From: Candidatus Thorarchaeota archaeon
GTDB lineage: Archaea; Asgardarchaeota; Thorarchaeia; Thorarchaeales; Thorarchaeaceae
NCBI GenBank assembly: GCA_048882385.1
Contig: JBHLRQ010000070.1
Location: 1-17,476 of the forward strand
Reading direction: 5' to 3'
DNA: 17,476 nucleotides
Shown here one piece after another: positions 1 to 6,731 of this stretch. Both the position numbers and the translations under genes were made by a program. The notes under the pieces were generated by a model, which was not told the DNA's origin, made no database searches, and saw only the letters and a program-made list of their open reading frames with translations. Every line of letters starts with the position of its first letter. Within the stretch, counting starts at the first letter, position 1.

Positions 1-764
1 ATTGCATGACCAATAGTGTGGCCAAAGTTCAATATCTCTCTCTTGCCTTTTTCTTCTCTCTCATCCGACTTGATAATTTGCGCTTTATTCCTAAGTGCTC
101 TCTCCACAACTTTTGTGAGGACTGTAGGATTTCTGAGAATTATTTCATTTCTGCTCTCAACAAGAATATGGAAAAGCTCTGGATCCATTGTCATACCATA
201 CTTAATGACTTCTGCTAGTCCTGCTAGAAAATCATTGGTCGGTAGTGAATTGAGGGTACAAACATCAACTATTACCGCATGAGGTTGATAGAATGTCCCA
301 ACAAGATTCTTTCCTTCACTTAGATTGACTCCTGTTTTTCCACCTATGGACGAATCGACCTGTGCCAAAAGAGTTGTAGGCACCTGAATTAGCATCATCC
401 CTCTTTTGAATGTTGAAGCGACAAACCCCGCGATATCACCAATAACACCTCCTCCGAGTGCAATTATTGCATCTGAACGTGTTGCTAGGTTTTCACTCAA
501 GCAAGCATACAAGTCTTTCACTGAATCCAGAGTTTTTACAGACTCACCAGCTTGCAGGATTATCGGTATGACTTCTATCTCTGAGGTGTTTAGTTTTCCA
601 ACTATAGAATCGAGGTAGAATGGAGTAATAACATCATCCGAAATTATGAATGCTCTGTCAAATGAGCCTTTTAGAATTTCATTGATTTCCACAATCAAAT
701 TCTGTCCAATATATACAGGATATTCTCTACTTTCCGTATATACATCGAATCTAGAATAAATCAT
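1..764 (-). CDS. aroB: 3-dehydroquinate synthase, AroB type (3' end runs off the window; absent from the ORF track)
   Basis: Manual translation from ATG at 764: MIYSRFDVYTESREYPVYIG...AGESVKT...ALGGGVIGDIAGFVASTFKRG...QVPTTLLAQVDSSIGGKTGVN...GKNLVGTFYQP...GLAEVIKYG...LNFGHTIGHA. These are diagnostic AroB motifs. The start overlaps the tyrA stop (ATGA, 764-761). Confidence 0.95.
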   Translation of the reverse strand, partial: MIYSRFDVYTESREYPVYIGQNLIVEINEILKGSFDRAFIISDDVITPFYLDSIVGKLNTSEIEVIPIILQAGESVKTLDSVKDLYACLSENLATRSDAIIALGGGVIGDIAGFVASTFKRGMMLIQVPTTLLAQVDSSIGGKTGVNLSEGKNLVGTFYQPHAVIVDVCTLNSLPTNDFLAGLAEVIKYGMTMDPELFHILVESRNEIILRNPTVLTKVVERALRNKAQIIKSDEREEKGKREILNFGHTIGHA

Positions 765-1615
765 GATTTGCATCCCTCCTCCATGACCTTGAGCACTCGG
801 TACATTTCTTGGTACTTGTCTTCAAGACTTAGTTTCTCTTCCAAGCTTGACTTGATATCAGAATATGATTTCTCGAATCCTTCAATGTCTGAAGTCAGCC
901 GTTTCACTTCTTCGATAGTCTTGGTCAGCAACTTCTGCAAGATCTCAGTGAAGTATGCATTTTCCTTGTGGAGTGCACGATGGAATTCGGATGTGTGTGA
1001 CATGATACTTCCTGTTAGCATGAATTGAACTGCGAATGTTGTACCACTGAGTTGTTGCATTAGAGAAATGTCTTCATCTTTCAAAACTGACGCAAAAATC
1101 ATATTCATGAAATAGGGAAGTGATAATGTTAGTGCCATTATACGGTCATGAATATCTGCTTCAACAACGATAATCTGTGATTTTGGAAATAGACTTTCAG
1201 CTACGTTTCTCTCTTCATGACTATCATGAACTGGAATTAACGCATATCTCTTCTTGAGAGTACTCGCACCCGGACCAAACAGAGGATGTATTGATAGTGG
1301 GCGAATATTGTCATGAGCTATTTTTCTCAGATCTTCTATTATGTTCGACTTTAGTGTTGATATCTCACAGAGAATAGAATTCTCTCTCATGTAAGGAATA
1401 ACTTCTCGAATGACTGATGTAGTGTCCTCCATTGGTACTGATATCAATACAACATCTGCTTTAGCTGCTGCCACATTGTTTGAAATCAACTCGAATCCTG
1501 ATTTACCCCCATTTGCTTTTGGATCTGCAACCATCACAGAATGACCAACTTCGAGGAAGTGATTAACTAACCATTTTCCCATTCTACCCGCTCCACCAAT
1601 AACTGCTATCTTCAT
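761..1615 (-). CDS. tyrA: Prephenate/arogenate dehydrogenase (TyrA family)
   Basis: N-terminal Rossmann motif IAVIGGAGRMG, ISVP, EISTLK, SIHPLFGP and HDRIMA motifs. ATGA overlap with the upstream gene at 1615-1612. Confidence 0.9.
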   Translation of the reverse strand: MKIAVIGGAGRMGKWLVNHFLEVGHSVMVADPKANGGKSGFELISNNVAAAKADVVLISVPMEDTTSVIREVIPYMRENSILCEISTLKSNIIEDLRKIAHDNIRPLSIHPLFGPGASTLKKRYALIPVHDSHEERNVAESLFPKSQIIVVEADIHDRIMALTLSLPYFMNMIFASVLKDEDISLMQQLSGTTFAVQFMLTGSIMSHTSEFHRALHKENAYFTEILQKLLTKTIEEVKRLTSDIEGFEKSYSDIKSSLEEKLSLEDKYQEMYRVLKVMEEGCKS

Positions 1616-3009
1616 CCTAGAAACTCCTCCATCCTCTTTGCAGCTTCAACAAGAATGTCCTCAGGTTGGCACACTGAGATTCTGAAAAAACGAGAGTATT
1701 CTTGTCCATAAGCTGTACCGGGCACAACTGCAACTCCCTGTTCATTGAGAAGCCTGTCTGTAAATTCAAGTCCATCCAAATTCTCATGGTTCAACTTGGG
1801 AAAGATATAGAATCCACCATCTGGTCTTAGAAGAGAGAGTGGGAGTTTTTCCAATTTGTCACATAATGCGATCTGTCTTTTCTCAATTATTGTGGCAAAT
1901 TCTTTGACTTCATCCAAAAGATCCAGTGCTTTCACTCCTGCATATTGAATGAACTCAGGTACACATGTGAGGGAAAGATTCTGTAATTTGATCATCTTCT
2001 GAACTGTTTCAGCATTAGAAATAGCATATCCAAGTCTGAACCCGGTCATCCCAAATGACTTTGAAAAGGAATTTACATAGATTTGATTGCACTCTGGAAA
2101 CTGAAGTGTGCTTGTGTGGGGTGTGAATGAAAATTCCGAGTATACCTCGTCACTAATAATACGAATTTCATTCTCAATTGAAATCTCTGCAATCTTTTCT
2201 ATTGTTGACTCATCTAGGATCTTTCCTGTTGGATTGCATGGACTGTTTAGTATTATCACTCTTGTGCTCTGATTGATGTTGTCTTCGAGTGATCCAATAT
2301 CCAGCTTCCATTCATTTTCCATTTGTGTTGAAACATGGACCGGTCTTCCACCGACCTGTCTGATGCAATCTGAGTAAGCTGGATAAGACGGATCAATGAT
2401 AATAGCTTCATCGCCTGGTCTGAGCGACACAGTTAGACCCAGGTACAAAGCAAATCGTCCACCAACAGTGGTTATAACTTGATCTACAGAGATATCCGTA
2501 CCAAGTACTCTATTCAGATGTTCAGCAATTTTTGTCCGAAGATCCTGGATTCCTGCTGACTGAGTATATCCACTCTGTCCACCTGCTATGGCATTTGTCA
2601 TTGATTCAACAACAGCAACTGGAGGACCAAAATCAGGCTCTCCCACTTCAAGATGAAAGACTTCTTTCCCTGCACTCTCCAGTTTTCTAGCCTTCACAAA
2701 GATGTGGTATGCAGTCTGGGGTACTTTAGTTTCAAAATGGCTTTCCTGTTTTCTTATGGACTCCGTTATGAGCTCATTGACAAGCCGTACCGCAAAATCA
2801 ATATCACTTGCATCTCTCCTACACTGTTCTACGACTTTTGCTTTGAGATTTCTTTCAACTTCTCTATCTACAAGTTCAATCCCTTTCTTAATCTTCTGAG
2901 CACCTATCCTTGCTGCAAGTTCACTCCTGCGACCTGCCAGGCTCACAATCTCCAACGTAAGTTGTTCCATCTCTTGTCTAAGGTCACCCAGGCTTACCTC
3001 TTCAGTCAT
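1612..3009 (-). CDS. Fusion of AroQ-type chorismate mutase (N-terminal ~90 aa) and class I/II PLP-dependent aminotransferase
   Basis: N-terminus LGDLRQE...RRSELAARIGAQK...VDREVE...ESIRKQ follows the AroQ pattern. C-terminus has GEPDF, NSPCNPTG, SDEVY and the PLP-lysine motif SFSKSFGMTGFRLG. SD AAGGAGG at 3026-3020. Confidence 0.9.
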   Translation of the reverse strand: MTEEVSLGDLRQEMEQLTLEIVSLAGRRSELAARIGAQKIKKGIELVDREVERNLKAKVVEQCRRDASDIDFAVRLVNELITESIRKQESHFETKVPQTAYHIFVKARKLESAGKEVFHLEVGEPDFGPPVAVVESMTNAIAGGQSGYTQSAGIQDLRTKIAEHLNRVLGTDISVDQVITTVGGRFALYLGLTVSLRPGDEAIIIDPSYPAYSDCIRQVGGRPVHVSTQMENEWKLDIGSLEDNINQSTRVIILNSPCNPTGKILDESTIEKIAEISIENEIRIISDEVYSEFSFTPHTSTLQFPECNQIYVNSFSKSFGMTGFRLGYAISNAETVQKMIKLQNLSLTCVPEFIQYAGVKALDLLDEVKEFATIIEKRQIALCDKLEKLPLSLLRPDGGFYIFPKLNHENLDGLEFTDRLLNEQGVAVVPGTAYGQEYSRFFRISVCQPEDILVEAAKRMEEFLG

Positions 3010-3092
3010 TGGACTATTTCCTCCTTTGTTACGCTACCTGAGCAACAATTATCGAGAGACCTTCCATTGTGTAGAATTGATTTTAGAGTCAT
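3006..3092 (-). CDS. Putative 28-aa upstream ORF (uORF3) whose TGA overlaps the chorismate mutase ATG
   Basis: ATG at 3092, MTLKSILHNGRSLDNCCSGSVTKEEIVQ*. ATGA overlap at 3009-3006. GGTGG lies 4 nt upstream of the ATG. Confidence 0.3.
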   Translation of the reverse strand: MTLKSILHNGRSLDNCCSGSVTKEEIVQ

Positions 3093-3108
3093 AGAACCAC
3101 CAAAACAA
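3049..3108 (-). CDS. Putative aromatic leader peptide 2 (uORF2), MFWWFYDSKINSTQWKVSR
   Basis: AGGTG-N7-TTG start followed by TTT TGG TGG TTC TAT, five consecutive aromatic codons. TAA stop at 3051-3049. Confidence 0.6.
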   Translation of the reverse strand: MFWWFYDSKINSTQWKVSR

Positions 3109-3132
3109 GTTACGACACCTATACAGCGTCGC
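3101..3132 (-). promoter_or_regulatory. Leader hairpin GCGACGCU-GUAUA-GGUGUCGU followed by U-rich AACUUGUUUU (candidate attenuator terminator and/or SD sequestrator of uORF2)
   Basis: 8-bp stem with three G-U pairs that work only on the minus-strand transcript. The loop and 3' arm contain AGGUG. Confidence 0.5.
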
Positions 3133-3156
3133 TAATCTTGACTAGCAGTCTATCAG

Positions 3157-3246
3157 CTAATAATAGCTATAATAGACGCCACTATACTGACAGTTTACTG
3201 TCAAGTATGTTCGAGTGGCAACTGCATTTTCCGTCAAGATTTTCAT
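3157..3246 (-). CDS. Putative Tyr-rich leader peptide 1 (uORF1), MKILTENAVATRTYLTVNCQYSGVYYSYY
   Basis: ATG at 3246 (alternative in-frame ATG at 3258), TAG at 3159-3157. 6 of 29 codons are Tyr, including 4 of the last 5. It lies upstream of the Tyr-branch genes. Confidence 0.7.
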   Translation of the reverse strand: MKILTENAVATRTYLTVNCQYSGVYYSYY

Positions 3247-3270
3247 TAAACTGTCCATCAGAAGTCTGAC

Positions 3271-3283
3271 CTAATATAGTTGG
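3271..3283 (-). promoter_or_regulatory. Possible TATA box of the aromatic operon
   Basis: Minus strand reads CCAACTATATTAG about 30 nt upstream of the uORF1 ATG, compatible with a near-leaderless transcript. Confidence 0.35.
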
Positions 3284-3367
3284 TGTTCAATGAGGAAAAT
3301 CCGCTCGTATAATGCATTAAGCTTAAGTGAGAATCAAAATACCTCATAATCTATTGAGGTCTTCATA

Positions 3368-5260
3368 TTGAGGATGCTACAGATTCACAGCGATGGCTTT
3401 GCCTATGAAGCCAAGAGAAAAGCACTGAAGAATGCAGAAGAAGTCAAAGAGAAGTTCTACAAGACTGATGACTCGTGCCTAGTCAATTTTATCGCTGCTG
3501 AAACTACAGATGCAAATGATGTAGCTAGTGCTGCAAAAGAAACTGCAGATATGATTGCCAGTGCCGCTGATGAGGTAAAAGAGAAAAATGTTGTAGTTTA
3601 TCCCTTTGTACATCTTAGCGAGAATCCTTCAAAGCCTAGTGTTGCCCTTAAGCTGTTGAAATCTGTGTCAAGAGACTTGGAAGTTCGAGGATTCAATGTA
3701 ATCCGTGTTCCATTCGGATGGTACAAAGCGTTTGAGCTTCATTGTAAAGGACATCCACTTGCAGAACGCTCAAAGGTTCTTGATGTGTCCAAGAAAATTG
3801 CTAAAGCTGCAGATGTCGAAGTCACTGAAGGAGAAGATCTCACTGCACTTGTTGCTGAAGAAAAAGCCTCATCAGCATTCTATATCATGGAACCAAATGG
3901 GAAAGTAACGGATGCAAGAGAGTTCGATTATTCCAAGTATAAGGAACTTGAGCTTTACATGAGATATGAAACTGCAAAAGACAGAATTGCTCGTGAACCA
4001 CCTGCACACATCGAGCTGATGAAACAGCTTGAACTAGTCGATTACGAGCCTGGTTCTGATGCGGGAAACTTCAGGTGGCCACCTCGAGGGCTTACTCTAA
4101 AGAAAGCAATTGAGGAGAGAGTTACTGCCGAGATGGTCGACTATGGTGCTCATGTACTTCAGACGCCTCTGATTTATGACTACCAACATCCCTCGCTGAA
4201 ATCATATCTCCAAAGATTTCCTTCTCGTCAATACGTTGTGAAATCAGGGGATCAAGACTATTTTGCTAGGTTCAGTGCATGCTTTGGACAATTCTTGCTT
4301 ATCTCCCAAGCAACTGTTTCACACAAGCAGTTACCCTTGAAGTTATTCGAGATTGCTCCATCTTTCCGGCGAGAGCAGAGCGGTGAACTAGCTGGAATGA
4401 GAAGATTAAGAGCATTCACGATGCCTGATATCCACGAAATCGTTGCTGATGAGAAGATGGCCAAAGCTGCTGTGATGAACCAGATAGAATTTGTTGAGAA
4501 ACTCCATATTGAACTAGAGGTTTCCTATGAAGTTTCATTTAGGGTTCTGAAAGAGTTCTATGAGAAAAACAAGAAATTCATGGAAAAGATAGCTGACCGG
4601 ATTGGGAAGCCAATTCTAATTGAGGTCTTTGACGAAAGATACGCATACTTCATCTTCAAGGGCGAATGGAATGTAGTTGATGCCCAGAAGAAGGCTGGCT
4701 GTCTTGGAACAATCCAAATCGATGTTGAAAATAGTGAACGCTTCAACATCACCTACGTTGACGAAGATGGCAAGGAGAAACACCCGCTCATTCTGCACAC
4801 TTCGCCATCTGGTGCTATCGAGAGGATCCTCTATGGGGTTCTAGAACAAGCATACAAGGATATGAAGAGTGGAAAGGTCCCGCACCTTCCCCTATGGATG
4901 ACTCCTGTTCAGGTGAGATTCGCACCAGTAGACGATAGTTACGTAGAATATTGTATTGAACTTGGAAAAACGCTTGATGCTGCAGGAATTCGATATGAGA
5001 TTGATGACAGATCACAAACAGTGGGCAAGAAAGTCCGATCTGCTGAGAAGCTCTGGATTCCTTACATTGTTGTCATTGGTGGGAAAGAAAAGAAGAGCCG
5101 AGAGCTATCGGTTCGAAGACGTGAGCTAAAGGATCAAGTGAATATGACAATTGACGATTTAGCAAAAGATGTAGAAGAGAAAACGAAATTTGCGCCCCAG
5201 CAACGGTTGCTTCTCCCGAATTTAGTTTCCAAGCAAGCAATCTTCTCAAGAGAAGTGTGA
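3368..5260 (+). CDS. thrS: Threonine--tRNA ligase, archaeal type with N-terminal editing domain
   Basis: Editing-domain motifs MRMLQIHSD, YPFVHLS, PFGWYKAF. Catalytic motifs RFSACFG, SFRREQSGE, RLRAFTMPDIH, ILHTSPSGAIER. C-terminal anticodon-binding domain. GAGGT-N7-TTG start. Confidence 0.97.
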   Translation: MRMLQIHSDGFAYEAKRKALKNAEEVKEKFYKTDDSCLVNFIAAETTDANDVASAAKETADMIASAADEVKEKNVVVYPFVHLSENPSKPSVALKLLKSVSRDLEVRGFNVIRVPFGWYKAFELHCKGHPLAERSKVLDVSKKIAKAADVEVTEGEDLTALVAEEKASSAFYIMEPNGKVTDAREFDYSKYKELELYMRYETAKDRIAREPPAHIELMKQLELVDYEPGSDAGNFRWPPRGLTLKKAIEERVTAEMVDYGAHVLQTPLIYDYQHPSLKSYLQRFPSRQYVVKSGDQDYFARFSACFGQFLLISQATVSHKQLPLKLFEIAPSFRREQSGELAGMRRLRAFTMPDIHEIVADEKMAKAAVMNQIEFVEKLHIELEVSYEVSFRVLKEFYEKNKKFMEKIADRIGKPILIEVFDERYAYFIFKGEWNVVDAQKKAGCLGTIQIDVENSERFNITYVDEDGKEKHPLILHTSPSGAIERILYGVLEQAYKDMKSGKVPHLPLWMTPVQVRFAPVDDSYVEYCIELGKTLDAAGIRYEIDDRSQTVGKKVRSAEKLWIPYIVVIGGKEKKSRELSVRRRELKDQVNMTIDDLAKDVEEKTKFAPQQRLLLPNLVSKQAIFSREV

Positions 5261-5485
5261 ACCAATTTCCAGTGTTATCACAAATCCACAGTGATACTAC
5301 TATCAACCATCCCAGGATTAAATGATAATCATACACATTCTGATCTTAGCTCATTTAATATCAACTCGTAGACATCACATTTGGAACTCTAGATATAGAA
5401 TCACATATCCCTGGCGCACTACGATAGTATTTTTACCCACCGAGACAACCTGCTAGATAACCATTGGTCTGAGGAGAGTAACAAC

Positions 5486-6628
5486 TTGAAGGTCCTTGTA
5501 CTGGGGTCAGGTCTAATGGGCAAAGGTGCAGCCTATGACCTGGTAAAACAAGACGAAATTGAACAAGTGATTGTCGCTGATATTGATCCAAAATGCTCTG
5601 AATCTCTAGCAAAAGAAGTGGGTCCTAAAGCTGTAGCTGAAACTGTTGATGCCACCAAGAAGAATCAGCTCGCCAAGGTGTTCTCCAAGGTTGATTCTGT
5701 GATCAGCGCTGTTAGCTACAAAGTGAATCATCTCCATACTCAAGTAGCGATAGAAACTGGCACACACATGTGCGATCTAGGGGGAAACAAGTTCGTAGTA
5801 GAGAAGCAGCTTGAGTTGCATGATCAAGCAAAAGATGCAGGTGTAACTGTAGTCCCTGATTGTGGTCTAGCTCCTGGAATGGTAAGCGTTCTTGCTAGAG
5901 AAGGAATTGAGTATCTTGACAGAGTTGAAGATGTGAAGATTCGTGTTGGAGGTCTCCAACAGGAACCACGACCACCACTGAATTATTCATTGATTTTCTC
6001 TGTTGAGGGTCTGATAAATGAGTACATCGAACCCTGTGTCGCTATACGAAATGGAGAGATAGTTACCGAGGATCCACTCGTAGGTTTCGAAGAAATCACC
6101 TTTCCAGAACCCTTTGGCAAACTTGAGGCTTTTAACACAAGTGGAGGTACCTCGACTCTACCACAAACCTACCTCGGCAAAGTGAATAACCTCGACTATA
6201 AGACAATCAGATATCCAGGACACGGACACAAGATGTGGTGTCTTATGAAACTCGGATTGATGGATAGCGAGGAGATTGATGCTCGAGGTGTGAAGATAGC
6301 ACCAAGACAAGTTCTTGAGTCCTTATTAGAAAAGAATCTACCACCTTCCGGTAAGGATGTGACTCTCCTTCGAGTTACAGTAGAAGGTTGGAAGGGCACT
6401 GAAGCAAGAATCGTCGAGTACGAAACTATCGATTACTTCGATGAAGAAACCGGACTCACTGCAATGATGCGGACAACGTCATTCCCAGCAGCTATAACTG
6501 CTATGATGATGGCGGATGGTCGCATAAGTGATAGGGGCGTTCTCACCCCTGAGAGGTGTATTCCTCCAGCTCCCTTCATAGAGGAGCTCAGAGCTAGAGG
6601 AATAGAAATCAAGCACAGAGTGATATGA
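5486..6628 (+). CDS. Saccharopine dehydrogenase / lysine 6-dehydrogenase family oxidoreductase
   Basis: VLVLGSGLMG Rossmann motif, DLGGN, DCGLAPG, EGLINEY, LEAFNTSGG, YKTIRYPGH, TAMMRTT. SD GAGGAG before the TTG. Confidence 0.85.
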   Translation: MKVLVLGSGLMGKGAAYDLVKQDEIEQVIVADIDPKCSESLAKEVGPKAVAETVDATKKNQLAKVFSKVDSVISAVSYKVNHLHTQVAIETGTHMCDLGGNKFVVEKQLELHDQAKDAGVTVVPDCGLAPGMVSVLAREGIEYLDRVEDVKIRVGGLQQEPRPPLNYSLIFSVEGLINEYIEPCVAIRNGEIVTEDPLVGFEEITFPEPFGKLEAFNTSGGTSTLPQTYLGKVNNLDYKTIRYPGHGHKMWCLMKLGLMDSEEIDARGVKIAPRQVLESLLEKNLPPSGKDVTLLRVTVEGWKGTEARIVEYETIDYFDEETGLTAMMRTTSFPAAITAMMMADGRISDRGVLTPERCIPPAPFIEELRARGIEIKHRVI

Positions 6629-6731
6629 CCTCTAGGAATCAAATCTGCAAGATTTCGATAGACTTCTAATTCTGTACTACACCTAAACCTTATCAATACT
6701 AAAGCAAATCCTGCGAAGAGGTTCTCAATCT

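Noticed and set aside
6-618. Plus-strand ORFs 6-218, 16-282 and 406-618
   Set aside because: Antisense shadows of aroB.
2653-3135. 160-aa plus-strand ORF
   Set aside because: Antisense to the CM-aminotransferase gene with no recognisable motifs.
3134-3241. tRNA gene or MITE suggested by the multi-stem fold and 9-bp terminal inverted repeat
   Set aside because: No TPsiC/D-loop consensus or tRNA arm lengths, no clear target-site duplication and no second copy in the window.
3049-3246. uORF1 and uORF2 are in the same frame separated by two TAGs, suggesting one long peptide via TAG recoding (pyrrolysine)
   Set aside because: TAG is the ordinary stop of at least six genes in this window and no pyl genes are visible.
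3010-3367. T-box riboswitch for thrS or the aromatic operon
   Set aside because: No T-box consensus (AAnnnGGGTGGnACC) or recognisable stem I motifs. The GGTGGTTC at 3101-3094 is only a partial resemblance and coincides with the Trp-Trp-Phe codons.
5275-5296. TATCAC-N9-GTGATA dyad after thrS
   Set aside because: Only 6 bp, AT-rich and without a T-tract, so too weak to call.
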